From a bacterium (GTDB taxonomy: Bacteria > Zhuqueibacterota > Zhuqueibacteria > Residuimicrobiales > Krinioviventaceae), in assembly GCA_963693055.1 (NCBI GenBank), contig OY843751.1, positions 2,656,001 through 2,720,000 of the forward strand: DNA of 64,000 nt, read 5' to 3'. The number at the start of each line of letters is the position of its first letter. Position 1 is the first letter of the stretch. Below are positions 1 through 10,250 of this stretch, piece by piece. A program made the translations under genes and the position numbers. A model generated the notes under the pieces. That model had not been told where the DNA came from, made no database searches, and was given only the letters and a program-made list of their open reading frames with translations.

Positions 1-1
1 C

Positions 2-985
2 AAATATCTGGACAATATTGAAAAAAGTACTGACCAGGCAACCACATTGACGCAACAGTTACTTACCTTTTCAAAGGGTGGCGAGCCGGTTAAAAAAGTT
101 AGTGATATAAAAGAGCTTATCCGTGAAACGGCTAATTTATCGCTCAGTGGATCTAACGAAAAATGTGTTTTTGATATTGTTTACAACCTTTATCCCGTAA
201 ATGTTGACAAGGGCCAAATAAGCCAGGTCATTAATAACATTGTTTTGAATGCAGACCAAGCCATGCCTAATGGCGGAATAATATATATTAATGCAAAAAA
301 CATTACCTTGAGCGATCATAAAGTTCAAACATTGAGTCCTGGTAAATATATCAAGATAGAGATAATCGACAGTGGCTCTGGTATGGATGACGAGATCATT
401 CACAAAATCTTTGATCCCTATTTTACCACGAAGCAAAAAGGTAGTGGATTGGGATTATCTGTTGCTTACTCTATTGTGAGAAAACATGGCGGCGCAATTT
501 TGGTAGATTCTGTTTTAGATTCAGGGTCAACTTTTTCTGTTTTTCTACCTGCTGTTGAAGAAAAAATTAAAGAAGAAGAAAAAGAAAAAGAACGTGCCTT
601 TAAAGGAGCAGGCAAAGTATTGGTTATGGATGATGAGGAGCTTGTGCTGCAAATGGTTGGTGATATCCTTAAAGGCGTTGGTTATGAAATAGAATTGGCA
701 ACAGATGGCATTGCAGCAATTGAGCATTATCAGGGAGCTTTAAAATCCGGCGATCCATTTGATGTAGTTCTTTTAGATTTGACAGTGCCCGGTGGTATGG
801 GAGGAAAGGAAACTGTTCAAAAACTTATCGAGATTGACCCTAATGTCAAAGCAGTTGTGTCGAGTGGATATTCAAACGATCCTATTATGGCAAACTTTAA
901 ACAATATGGTATTGCGGGTGTTATTGCTAAACCTTATAGAATTATGGAATTATGTAAGACATTGAAATCTGTTGTAGAAGATTAA
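2..985 (+). CDS. Hybrid sensor histidine kinase/response regulator, 5'-truncated by window edge
   Basis: Frame open from position 2; HATPase N/G1/F/G2 boxes (NIVLNA, DSGSGM, FDPYFTTK, GSGLGLS) then receiver domain (VMDDE, LLD, KP). Confidence 0.92.
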   Translation, partial: KYLDNIEKSTDQATTLTQQLLTFSKGGEPVKKVSDIKELIRETANLSLSGSNEKCVFDIVYNLYPVNVDKGQISQVINNIVLNADQAMPNGGIIYINAKNITLSDHKVQTLSPGKYIKIEIIDSGSGMDDEIIHKIFDPYFTTKQKGSGLGLSVAYSIVRKHGGAILVDSVLDSGSTFSVFLPAVEEKIKEEEKEKERAFKGAGKVLVMDDEELVLQMVGDILKGVGYEIELATDGIAAIEHYQGALKSGDPFDVVLLDLTVPGGMGGKETVQKLIEIDPNVKAVVSSGYSNDPIMANFKQYGIAGVIAKPYRIMELCKTLKSVVED

Positions 986-1006
986 GAGGAAATAAATACT
1001 ATAAAC

Positions 1007-1044
1007 AAAAAAAGGCTGATCAAATATTTGATCAGCCTTTTTTT
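1007..1044. terminator. Bidirectional intrinsic terminator
   Basis: A7-GGCTGATCAAA-TA-TTTGATCAGCC-T7 between convergent genes. Confidence 0.88.
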
Positions 1045-1048
1045 ATAA

Positions 1049-1279
1049 TTAAACCGAAACGACTTCTTTAATTTCCGGAATATTTTTGATTATTTCTTTT
1101 TCAATACCCATCTTTAATGTCATTTGGGCCATAGGACATGTACCACAAGCACCCTGTAATTTAACTTTGACTATGCCGTCAGAAACTTCAATCAATTCAA
1201 CATTTCCACCGTCAGCCATCAGCGCGGGTCTAATTGTATCAATTACTTGTTCAACTTTATCAAAAAGCTGTTCACTCAT
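1049..1279 (-). CDS. NifU/Nfu family Fe-S carrier protein
   Basis: IRPALMADGGNVEL...GACGTCP (CxxC) Nfu signature. Confidence 0.93.
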   Translation of the reverse strand: MSEQLFDKVEQVIDTIRPALMADGGNVELIEVSDGIVKVKLQGACGTCPMAQMTLKMGIEKEIIKNIPEIKEVVSV

Positions 1280-1291
1280 TTTAATTATCCT

Positions 1292-2149
1292 CTAGTTTGT
1301 TTCTGTGTTTGTTTCTGTTTGTGTCTCTTCTGCCGGTACCAACGCCTCGTCTCGTATTACATAAGATTTTGCCGGGCATTTTTTAACGGCATTATATAAT
1401 TCTTCACTGTTAATATCTTTAATGATAGGAATATTTCCATCCATTTCAATTGCCTGAGAGGGGGTAACCTTGGGAGTTGTACAGATTTTACAACCAAAAC
1501 AACCTACTTTACAAACAGATTTTACTGCTTTGAGCTTGTCTTGAGAGATACATCCCAAATAAACATTTTGCTTTCTGGGTATCAGCGCCATTATTCCTCT
1601 TGGACAAGTAGAAACGCAGATTCCACAGGCCGTACATTTTTCTTCATCAACAATAGGCAAGCCGTTAGTATCCATATGCATTGCATCAAAAGGACAAGCT
1701 TTAACACATGATCCTAATCCAAGACAGCCATACTTGCATGCTTTGTTTCCGCCGCCAACTAGCACTGCAGCGTTACAATCATCAATTCCATCATAAATGA
1801 ATTTCTCTTCAGCAAGCTCTTTGCTACCCTGGCATTGTACAACAGCCACTTTGGGGTCTTCCAGTTCAACTGCCAGGCCCAGAATGTCAGATATTTTTTC
1901 TGCAACAGCTTGCCCACCAGGTGTACATTTGTTGGGAGGGACAATTCCACTTGCAACAGCTTCTGCATAAGCGTTACATCCGGGTTGTCCGCATGCACCA
2001 CAATTTGCTCCTGGAAGTGTTTCAATGATTAAACTTACTTTGGGATCCACTTCAACTGCGAATTTTTTTGAAGCGAATGCAAGTCCGGCACCAAATAAAA
2101 AACCTAATCCTGCTAACGCAATAATAGAAGAAATAAATAGGGGGTCCAT
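1292..2149 (-). CDS. rnfB: Rnf electron transport complex subunit B
   Basis: N-terminal TM helix, LPGANCGACGQPGC Fe-S domain, ferredoxin motifs CLGLGSCVKACP and CTACGICVSTCP. Confidence 0.9.
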   Translation of the reverse strand: MDPLFISSIIALAGLGFLFGAGLAFASKKFAVEVDPKVSLIIETLPGANCGACGQPGCNAYAEAVASGIVPPNKCTPGGQAVAEKISDILGLAVELEDPKVAVVQCQGSKELAEEKFIYDGIDDCNAAVLVGGGNKACKYGCLGLGSCVKACPFDAMHMDTNGLPIVDEEKCTACGICVSTCPRGIMALIPRKQNVYLGCISQDKLKAVKSVCKVGCFGCKICTTPKVTPSQAIEMDGNIPIIKDINSEELYNAVKKCPAKSYVIRDEALVPAEETQTETNTETN

Positions 2150-2309
2150 CTCGTCACCATATGCTATTTAATATTTCCTAAACCATGTAAATATACATAT
2201 TCACAAATTGAATTGCAAGTTTTTAAATGATTTTCAAAATGGAATATTAAGTATTGAATTTTATTTTTTTTTTTTATATTAATAAAATAGGATGAATTAA
2301 AATTTTAGT

Positions 2310-2699
2310 ATGGTAATGCGTAAACAAATTCTTGTAGTTGATGATGAAAAAGAAATCCGAGAAATTCTTGAAATAACATTCAAGGATGCAGGATTTTTTG
2401 TAACCGCAGTGGGCACGGGTGAAGAAGCAATTGAGATATTCAAAAATGGTGAATATCTGGTTGTTTTCCTAGATGTACGGCTACCTGGTTTATCTGGTTT
2501 TGATATTTGTCAGGAAATGAAAAAAATCAAACCACATGCTTATATTGTTGCCATGACAGGGTATACGGATCTGTTTGATCAAAAAAAATGCCTTGAAGCA
2601 GGATTTGACTATTATTTCCCCAAACCCTTTCGATTTAAGCATTTAATGGAATTGGCCCGCAATGCTCTTGAGCGTGTTGAGTGGTGGAAAAAGTATTAA
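2310..2699 (+). CDS. Single-domain response regulator
   Basis: ILVVDDE, FLDVRLP, MTG, KPF receiver motifs. Confidence 0.92.
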   Translation: MVMRKQILVVDDEKEIREILEITFKDAGFFVTAVGTGEEAIEIFKNGEYLVVFLDVRLPGLSGFDICQEMKKIKPHAYIVAMTGYTDLFDQKKCLEAGFDYYFPKPFRFKHLMELARNALERVEWWKKY

Positions 2700-2731
2700 T
2701 TGCATACATTATATTGAGAGTAAAATACTGA

Positions 2732-4153
2732 ATGATTACGTTACATAATAAATATGCAATCCTTATTGGAGTTCCTGCCTATTCTGACAGCATTAAACCC
2801 CTTTCTTATGCATTTAACGATGCTTACAGAATGTCTGCTGTATTAAAAGAAGGGGGATATTCCTTTAAAAAAGTCTTTTTGCTTTCAACTCAAGACAAAG
2901 GCTCTGAACATATTTATGCTTCACCTACCCGTGAAAATATACTTTCAGTTGTTAAACGAGTTGCTGAGCTGGCTCAGGAAGGTGATTCGATATTACTCTA
3001 TTTTTCCGGTCATGCAGTTGATATTTTTGGCAGACCTTATTTAATTGCTTCTGATACGCAACTTGATTACTTGCTGAGTTCAGCCGTTGCTATTTCAGAA
3101 ATTTATGATCTATTGAAAAAATCAAAATGTGATCAGGTTTTTAGAATTTTTGATGTTTGCCGTACTCACTTTGCCCAGGGACGTACATTAATTTCAAAAA
3201 TGACCGAGAATAATCTTGCCGGCTTTACTGAAATTTTTCCGGGACATGCTACTTTTATTTCGTGTTCTCCAGGAGAATATGCAAACGAGTCAATTTTTCA
3301 CAAGCAAGGTGTTTTTAGTTATTATCTCAATAATGCATTGAGTGGACTGGTTGAAAAAGAAGGCAATATTTTTTGGGACCTTGTTGCTGATTATGTAAAA
3401 ATCAATGTAAATGATTGGTGCCGTGATAACGGGCAACAGCAAACACCTGTTGTAAAGTCATCTTTTAATAATCCGGTTGTTGTGTGCCTGGCACCTTATA
3501 AAGAAAAACAACAGGTAAAACCCAATATTGATGTAAAAAAAGATATTGAAAGCGAAATTAAAACTGATATTGATAAAAATGATACCATGATGGTCAATTC
3601 ACACAATGTGAATGCGTTATATCATAAAAACCAAATAAAACCAGTTGTTAGAAGCAAAAAACAAGTAACAGCTAATACGTTTGAGAATGCACTAAAGGTG
3701 TTGCTTGAATCTACTGATGGATTTATTAAAGATTTCTCTAATCCAGCCATTTCAGTTTTTAGAACTGAACCCGTTACTCTTTCAATCATGTCTTATTTTG
3801 TAAATACTGAATTTCAAAAGTTTTTAGAAATAAATAATCCTGATTTTAATATTGAGCAGAGCAAGGCTTTGCAAATTTTCTTTAAAAATTCAATGTCAAA
3901 TGTACCTCATACCTCATTGTATATAAATTTGGTTAAATTTCCTCAATATTATTGGGTTTGGTATTGTTTACCTTTTGAGACATTGAGAAGTGAGGGAGAT
4001 TTTGTACCTGCGAATCCTTTAAAAATAGATTATTTTTCATTACGTGAACCGCAAATATATGATCCTGTAAAAATTGGAAAAATCATTAGTGATATTTTTC
4101 GTGATTGTACTGAAACCATTATTCAATGGACAAAAGAATTAAATATAAAATAA
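2732..4153 (+). CDS. Caspase-family (peptidase C14) protein with unknown C-terminal domain
   Basis: YAILIGV, L.YA.NDA, LYFSGHA (catalytic His), IFDVCR (catalytic Cys), GVFSYYL, QQTP. Confidence 0.85.
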   Translation: MITLHNKYAILIGVPAYSDSIKPLSYAFNDAYRMSAVLKEGGYSFKKVFLLSTQDKGSEHIYASPTRENILSVVKRVAELAQEGDSILLYFSGHAVDIFGRPYLIASDTQLDYLLSSAVAISEIYDLLKKSKCDQVFRIFDVCRTHFAQGRTLISKMTENNLAGFTEIFPGHATFISCSPGEYANESIFHKQGVFSYYLNNALSGLVEKEGNIFWDLVADYVKINVNDWCRDNGQQQTPVVKSSFNNPVVVCLAPYKEKQQVKPNIDVKKDIESEIKTDIDKNDTMMVNSHNVNALYHKNQIKPVVRSKKQVTANTFENALKVLLESTDGFIKDFSNPAISVFRTEPVTLSIMSYFVNTEFQKFLEINNPDFNIEQSKALQIFFKNSMSNVPHTSLYINLVKFPQYYWVWYCLPFETLRSEGDFVPANPLKIDYFSLREPQIYDPVKIGKIISDIFRDCTETIIQWTKELNIK

Positions 4154-4288
4154 TCAGGGGAATTTTCCATAATCAATCATGCCAAAGTTGTAATTTAAGT
4201 TTACTATTGTAAAAAAAACTTGCACTAAACAAAAAATTTTATTAAGTTTATTAGCTTTTGTGGTTCTGAAATCGTTTTTGGATAATAA

Positions 4289-5614
4289 ATGTTTAATGAA
4301 ATTTCTGAAAAATTTGATGGTGTAATACGTAAGCTTAAGGGACATGGCAAGCTTTCGGAAAAAAATATTTCCGAAACAATGCGTGAAGTACGCCGTGTAT
4401 TACTTGAAGCCGATGTGAATTATAAAGTTGCCAAGCAATTTATTGCTGATGTGCAGGAAAGAGCCATAGGGCAGGAAGTTGTAAAAAGCATAACTCCCGG
4501 TCAACAAGTTGTCAAAATTATTCATGACGAGTTGACAAAGTTGATGGGGGTCAAAAATTCACAAATTCAATTTTCAAATAAAATTCCCGGTGTAGTTATG
4601 TTGGTAGGTTTGCAAGGATCTGGTAAAACTACTTTTGCCGGCAAGTTGGGCATGCATTTGCGTTCTAAAAGTCGTAATCCCATGCTTGTTGCTGCTGATA
4701 TTTACCGACCCGCAGCAATTCAACAGTTAAAAGTTGTTGGAAAAGCAACCAACAATACTACTTATTCTGAAGAAAGCAAAGATGCAGTGGCAATTTGTAA
4801 GAATGCTGTAGAGTTTGCTCGCAAGAATATTAAAGATACTGTCATTATTGATACCGCAGGCCGTCTTCATATAGATGACGAAATGATGACAGAGCTTTTA
4901 AATATTAAAAATGCAGTAAAGCCTGATGAGATCTTGTTCGTTGCAGACGGGATGACTGGTCAGGATGCTGTAAATACCGCAAAAACCTTTTTAGAAAAAT
5001 TGGATTTTGACGGTGTTGTTTTAACCAAAATGGATGGTGACTCACGAGGTGGTGCGGCATTGTCCATTCGGGCTGTTACTGGTAAGCCAATAAAGTTTAC
5101 CAGTATCGGTGAAAAATTTGATCAGCTTGAAGTTTTCTATCCCGATAGAATGGCTTCCCGTATTTTGGGAATGGGTGATATTGTAACCCTGGTAGAAAAA
5201 GCACAAGACGCTGTTGATGAAGAAAAGGCTTTAAAGCTTGAACGAAAATTGCGCAGACAAGAGTTCACCCTCGAAGACTTTAAAGACCAGCTTCAGCAGA
5301 TCAAAAAGATGGGTCCATTGCAGGATATTTTGGCAATGATTCCCGGAATGCAAAATAAAGCTTTAAGCCAGGTCCAGGTTGACGATCGAGCTTTGGTCAA
5401 GGTTGAAGCTATTATTAATTCCATGACGCGTGATGAACGAAGACGTCCAAACGTTATGAATGGAAGTAGACGTAAACGTGTTGCACTTGGTAGCGGTACA
5501 TCTGTTCAGGATGTTAATCGTGTGCTGAAGCAATTTGAAACCATGCAAAAAATGATGAAAATGATGAATAAAAAGGGCGGCAAGATGAACATGGGCATGC
5601 CGTTTGGATTTTAA
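4289..5614 (+). CDS. ffh: Signal recognition particle protein
   Basis: GLQGSGKTT, DTAGR, TKMDGD, Met-rich M domain with SRRKRVALGSG. Confidence 0.98.
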   Translation: MFNEISEKFDGVIRKLKGHGKLSEKNISETMREVRRVLLEADVNYKVAKQFIADVQERAIGQEVVKSITPGQQVVKIIHDELTKLMGVKNSQIQFSNKIPGVVMLVGLQGSGKTTFAGKLGMHLRSKSRNPMLVAADIYRPAAIQQLKVVGKATNNTTYSEESKDAVAICKNAVEFARKNIKDTVIIDTAGRLHIDDEMMTELLNIKNAVKPDEILFVADGMTGQDAVNTAKTFLEKLDFDGVVLTKMDGDSRGGAALSIRAVTGKPIKFTSIGEKFDQLEVFYPDRMASRILGMGDIVTLVEKAQDAVDEEKALKLERKLRRQEFTLEDFKDQLQQIKKMGPLQDILAMIPGMQNKALSQVQVDDRALVKVEAIINSMTRDERRRPNVMNGSRRKRVALGSGTSVQDVNRVLKQFETMQKMMKMMNKKGGKMNMGMPFGF

Positions 5615-5631
5615 AATGGAGGTACTACAGC

Positions 5632-6150
5632 TTGTCAGTTAAATTACGTTTAACCCGGATGGGTAGAAAAAAATTGCCTTATTACCGAATCGTGGCAATT
5701 GATTCCCGCAAACGACGTGATGGTGAATACCTTGATAAAATAGGTCATTATAATCCTGTAAGCGATCCGGTTGAAATTGTAATAGATAAAGAAAAAGCAA
5801 TATCCTGGCTCGAAAAAGGTGCAATTCCTTCAGATACTGTGAAAAGTTTCATGAGTCGTAAAGGTATTCTGCTTGAATGGGACCTGAAAAAACAAGGTCT
5901 CGATGCCGATGCTATTGAAAAAGAATTGGCTAAATGGCGTCAACAACAGGAAGACCGTACCAAACGTAAAGAAGCTATGGTAGCTATGAAGCAGCGTGAA
6001 GTTGAAAATGAAGCTGCTAAAAAAGAAGCTGAAGAAAAGGCGCAGGCAGAAGCTGATGCCGCTGCTGCAGCAGCAGAAGCAGCGGCTGAAGAAGCACCTG
6101 CTGAAGAGCCTGAAGCTGATGCCGAATCTGAAGATAAAGTTGAAGAATAA
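5632..6150 (+). CDS. rpsP: 30S ribosomal protein S16 with Ala/Glu-rich C-terminal extension
   Basis: VKLRLTRMGRKKLPYYRIVAIDSR; position after ffh; GGAGG RBS before TTG. Confidence 0.97.
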   Translation: MSVKLRLTRMGRKKLPYYRIVAIDSRKRRDGEYLDKIGHYNPVSDPVEIVIDKEKAISWLEKGAIPSDTVKSFMSRKGILLEWDLKKQGLDADAIEKELAKWRQQQEDRTKRKEAMVAMKQREVENEAAKKEAEEKAQAEADAAAAAAEAAAEEAPAEEPEADAESEDKVEE

Positions 6151-6171
6151 TAGCAGGTAGGATTATCACTT

Positions 6172-6711
6172 TTGAATCAGTCAGTTTCTAAACCGGATTT
6201 GCCAGATTATGTTGTTATTGGCCGAATTACAAAACCACATGGTATACGTGGAGCTGTTAAAGTAGAGCCAATTACCGATGATCCTGAAAGGTTTAAACTA
6301 TTAGAATCTGTTTATCTTGCAAAATCAGATACTGAAAGAGAAATTTATCAGATTTCTGATTTGCAATATGGTAATAAACAGCTCATTATTTCTTTTAACA
6401 ACATTGAATCAAGAAATGATGCTGAATCTTTACGAGGTTTATTCATAGAGATTCCGCGTTCAGAGTGTTTACCATTAGATGAAGGATCCTATTATTATTT
6501 TGAATTGATAGGATATACTGTTAAAACAGATTCAGGCGAGATTGTTGGTACACTTGATGATGTGTACGAATATCCGGCCAATGATATGTTTGTGATCCAT
6601 AAAGATGATAAAGAAATTTTGATTCCTGTTATTGATGAATTTATTGATAATGTTGATGATTCAACCGGTGTGATTACTATAAAACCGGTTGAAGGTTTAT
6701 TAGAGCAATAG
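6172..6711 (+). CDS. rimM: Ribosome maturation factor RimM
   Basis: IGRITKPHGIRGAVKV, PRC barrel, conserved operon position. Confidence 0.96.
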   Translation: MNQSVSKPDLPDYVVIGRITKPHGIRGAVKVEPITDDPERFKLLESVYLAKSDTEREIYQISDLQYGNKQLIISFNNIESRNDAESLRGLFIEIPRSECLPLDEGSYYYFELIGYTVKTDSGEIVGTLDDVYEYPANDMFVIHKDDKEILIPVIDEFIDNVDDSTGVITIKPVEGLLEQ

Positions 6712-6717
6712 AGTGCT

Positions 6718-7410
6718 TTGGAAATACATGTAATTACAGGCTTGCCCAAAATTTTAACGGGCCCACTTACGGAGAGTATAATAGAAAAAGCGCAGTCTAA
6801 AGGACTGTTGCAGCTATATATTCACAATATCAGAGATTATGCTGAAGACAAGTACAAGCAAATTGATGATTATCCCTATGGTGGTGGAGCCGGAATGATT
6901 TTAAAACCAGAGCCCTTGTTTAAATGTTTCAAAGATATTCAGGAACGTTTTGATCTTTTAGATACTCCGGTCACTTTGATGACACCAGCTGGCAATACTT
7001 TTAATCAAAGTAAAGCTGTAGAATTTTCATTACGTGATAAAATGGTTTTTCTTTGCGGCCATTATAAGGGTATTGATCAGCGGGTAATAGATACTTTTGT
7101 TACCGAAGAAGTATCTATAGGCGATTATGTGCTTACCGGTGGTGAACTTGCCGCCATGTGTATAATCGACGCCGTTACCCGGTTACTACCGGGTGTAATA
7201 GGAGATTTTGATTCGGCTGATACGGATTCTTTTCAAACCGGACTGCTTGATCATCCACATTATACACGGCCATCTGAATACCAAGGTCTTAAAGTACCAG
7301 ATGTATTACTTTCAGGTAATCATAAATTGATTGAAGCCTGGAAGCAGGAAGAATCATTGAATGTGACAAAAGAAAAACGTTCAGATCTTTACAATAAATA
7401 TGTTAATTAA
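6718..7410 (+). CDS. trmD: tRNA (guanine37-N1)-methyltransferase
   Basis: DDYPYGGGAGM, CGHYKGID, SIGDYVLTGGE, HYTRP. Confidence 0.98.
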   Translation: MEIHVITGLPKILTGPLTESIIEKAQSKGLLQLYIHNIRDYAEDKYKQIDDYPYGGGAGMILKPEPLFKCFKDIQERFDLLDTPVTLMTPAGNTFNQSKAVEFSLRDKMVFLCGHYKGIDQRVIDTFVTEEVSIGDYVLTGGELAAMCIIDAVTRLLPGVIGDFDSADTDSFQTGLLDHPHYTRPSEYQGLKVPDVLLSGNHKLIEAWKQEESLNVTKEKRSDLYNKYVN

Positions 7411-7449
7411 AAGTGAAATATATAACCCTCTTTGTAAAGGAGGCTTGAA

Positions 7450-7797
7450 ATGAACAAATTGGATGCGGTATCCGCTTCTCAAACAAAATCTGATATTCCT
7501 GTGTTCAAAGCCGGTGATACAGTAAATGTACACGTTAAGGTTATTGAAGGGGATAAAGAAAGAATCCAGGTTTTTCAGGGTGTTGTGATCAATCGCAAAG
7601 GATCAGGTGTAAATGAAATGTTTACTGTTCGTAAAATTTCTAATGGAGTAGGTGTTGAACGTATTTTTCCTCTCCATTCACCCAATATTGCTAAAATCGA
7701 AACCTTGAGAATTGGTAAAGTTAGAAGAGCTAAATTGTACTATCTTCGTAGCTTGCGTGGTAAAGCTGCAAGAATTGAAGAAAAACGTGCAAATTAG
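7450..7797 (+). CDS. rplS: 50S ribosomal protein L19
   Basis: [21 protein letters not shown]. Confidence 0.99.
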   Translation: MNKLDAVSASQTKSDIPVFKAGDTVNVHVKVIEGDKERIQVFQGVVINRKGSGVNEMFTVRKISNGVGVERIFPLHSPNIAKIETLRIGKVRRAKLYYLRSLRGKAARIEEKRAN

Positions 7798-7819
7798 GTT
7801 TTAAAAAAAGTTTTTAAAT

Positions 7820-7857
7820 AAAAAAACCGGTATTATTACTGAATATCGGTTTTTTTT
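7820..7857 (+). terminator. Intrinsic terminator of ffh-rplS operon
   Basis: ACCGGTATT...AATATCGGT stem followed by T-run. Confidence 0.75.
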
Positions 7858-7947
7858 ATTGCACTTGATGAATTTTATTCATATTTATGAATATAAAAAA
7901 ACATATCCAAATCTCTAAGCATTAAATACAATTCAAGGAGAAACACC

Positions 7948-9621
7948 ATGGATTTCCCTGAAAAGCGAACTCTACAAGAGATTTTCCAAAACACTATCAA
8001 CTTGTATTCCAATGAAATTGCTATGGGTTTTGTGGATGAAGAATCCATTACCTATAAAAATTTTGGAAACCAGGCTACCAGAATGGCCAAATCATTACTT
8101 GCATTAGGCGTAAGAAAAGGAGACAGGATTGCCATTCTAAGTGAGAATTCTCCTCGTTGGGGCATTTCCTATTTTGCAGTTGCTGCTTTGGCAGGAGCAG
8201 TAGTAGTACCTATTTTACCTGATTTTCACAAAAATGAAGTTCATCACATTATCCGAAATTCAGGAGCCAAAGTACTAGTGTTGTCTAGTAAACTCGCTCA
8301 TAAAGTTATCGATACCGATTTTAAAACACTTGAAAATGTTATCGCCATTGATGATAAAAAATTAGGTCTCAAGGGATACAAGATCAACACTTTTTCAGAG
8401 CTGCAAGATTCTACAACTTTTAAATCAGATAAAATTAATCTTGATGACATTGAAATTCACGAAGATGATCTTTTAGAAATTCTTTATACCTCTGGTACAA
8501 CAGGGCACTCTAAAGGTGTAATGTTGACACATCGTGGTATTATTTCAAATGCCTATTCCGCAAGAATGGTAATTGATATTCGTACCAATGACAGATTATT
8601 GTCTATTTTACCTATTTCTCATTCTTATGAATGTACATGTGGTTTTATAGCACCTTTTTCTGCCGGAAGTAAAATGTATTACATAAAAGGATTGCCTACA
8701 GCGCAAACTTTGCTACCTGCAGTAGCTAAAATTAAGCCTACTATACTTTTATCTGTACCCTTGATTATGGACAAAATTTATAAAAAGAAAGTCCTTTCCG
8801 AGATCAAATCTAAACCCGTTGCAAGTCGTTTGTATCAAATCCCCGCAATGCGCAAGGTAATTAACAAGGTAGCTGGTAAAAAACTATATAAAGCATTTGG
8901 CGGACAATTGCGATTTATGGTTTTTGGTGGTGCTGCAACGCCTATTGATGTTGAAAACTTTTTAACTGAAGGCGGTTTTCCCTATATTTGTGGATATGGA
9001 TTAACTGAAACTGCCCCATTATTAACGGTAAATCCTCCTGGAAAAGGTGTTATTGGCTCGGCTGGAATTATTGTACCAGAAGTTGAACTCAATATATATG
9101 ATCCAGATCCTAAAACCGGTATTGGTGAAATTACAGCCAAAGGTCCTAATATTATGAAGGGATATTATCGTAATGAAGAAGCTACCAAGAATACTTTTAC
9201 AGATGATGGCTGGTTGATAACCGGTGATAAGGGTATTATTGATGATAAAGGTTACCTGTTTATCAAAGGTCGCTCAAAAAATCTAATTGTTGGCCCCAGT
9301 GGTGAAAATATTTACCCTGAAGAAATTGAATTCCATATGTCAGAAAATACATATGTTTTAGAAGCACTGGTATATGAAAAAGAAGGCAAGGTTGTGGCAA
9401 AAGCATTTCTGGATTTTGATGCTATTGATAAAGATCATAATTATTATGAAATGAATGAAAAAGATGCCGCTGATTTGTTGAAAAATATTTTGGAGACAAT
9501 ACGTAAGGATGTAAATACAAAAGTTGCATCTTATAGCAGGGTACACAATATTGTTGAACAACGGGAAGAATTTGAAAAGACCCCAACTAAAAAGATAAAA
9601 CGTTATTTATACACAAATTAA
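7948..9621 (+). CDS. Long-chain fatty acyl-CoA ligase (AMP-binding enzyme)
   Basis: YTSGTTGHSKG, GYGLTET, TGD, KGRSKN..V..SGENIYP. Confidence 0.9.
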   Translation: MDFPEKRTLQEIFQNTINLYSNEIAMGFVDEESITYKNFGNQATRMAKSLLALGVRKGDRIAILSENSPRWGISYFAVAALAGAVVVPILPDFHKNEVHHIIRNSGAKVLVLSSKLAHKVIDTDFKTLENVIAIDDKKLGLKGYKINTFSELQDSTTFKSDKINLDDIEIHEDDLLEILYTSGTTGHSKGVMLTHRGIISNAYSARMVIDIRTNDRLLSILPISHSYECTCGFIAPFSAGSKMYYIKGLPTAQTLLPAVAKIKPTILLSVPLIMDKIYKKKVLSEIKSKPVASRLYQIPAMRKVINKVAGKKLYKAFGGQLRFMVFGGAATPIDVENFLTEGGFPYICGYGLTETAPLLTVNPPGKGVIGSAGIIVPEVELNIYDPDPKTGIGEITAKGPNIMKGYYRNEEATKNTFTDDGWLITGDKGIIDDKGYLFIKGRSKNLIVGPSGENIYPEEIEFHMSENTYVLEALVYEKEGKVVAKAFLDFDAIDKDHNYYEMNEKDAADLLKNILETIRKDVNTKVASYSRVHNIVEQREEFEKTPTKKIKRYLYTN

Positions 9622-9622
9622 C

Positions 9623-9660
9623 AAAAAAAAAGCCGTTGAAACTTTCAACGGCTTTTTTTT
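9623..9660. terminator. Bidirectional intrinsic terminator
   Basis: A-run-GCCGTTGAAA-C-TTTCAACGGC-T8 between convergent genes. Confidence 0.88.
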
Positions 9661-9669
9661 AAAATGTAT

Positions 9670-10110
9670 TTAACGATTTTGTACGAGAACTCTTTCACCG
9701 TCCTCAAATACAACACTCATTTTCGAATTATTTACAATTTCTTTGACAACACCTAGTCCAAATTTTGCATGGTTAATTGCATCATGTTCTGTAAAGGATT
9801 TCGTCATCTCGTATTCTTCGGGATTATCGGTATCAACCTTGTTACATAGACGGGTCCATTTTCTCTGTTCGGGAGTTTTGGAAGCGGCTTTGGTAGCAGT
9901 TTTTTTGGTAGTACTGCTTTTCTTTGTTGTTGTTTTTTTTGCTTCAAGGTCAGGTGAACGATATCGATGAGAACTGTTACAACTTTTACAAAGGGCTTTA
10001 TAAGGTTTGTCGCTTTTAATTACTTCGATGACATGTACTGTGGCATCTTTACATTTTCCGCACATTGCTTCAATTTCTTGTCCCACAGCATATGACTTGG
10101 ATTCGGACAT
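9670..10110 (-). CDS. Conserved hypothetical: Zn ribbon, Lys/Thr-rich linker, SH3/tudor-like C-terminus
   Basis: CGKC...CKSC; C-terminal HAKFGLGVV..VVF.DG.R.L; AAGGA RBS. Confidence 0.75.
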   Translation of the reverse strand: MSESKSYAVGQEIEAMCGKCKDATVHVIEVIKSDKPYKALCKSCNSSHRYRSPDLEAKKTTTKKSSTTKKTATKAASKTPEQRKWTRLCNKVDTDNPEEYEMTKSFTEHDAINHAKFGLGVVKEIVNNSKMSVVFEDGERVLVQNR

Positions 10111-10250
10111 AACTTTTTCCTTTGATTTGTTATGATATCTAATTTATTTCTCGCAGACTCAATTATAAATGTAAAAAAAATATTTGAATAAAGCAAGGAA
10201 TGTTTTAACTTATAGAGTTTCAAGTATTTATAAATTAATTAGGATCAATT

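Noticed and set aside
5366-5392. GCCAGGTCC resembling SRP RNA helix 8 inside ffh
   Set aside because: Lacks the GNRA loop and the following AGCAG; lies in coding sequence.
5870-6150. Long Ala/Glu-rich S16 tail as a novel fusion
   Set aside because: C-terminal S16 extensions are well known in several bacterial phyla.
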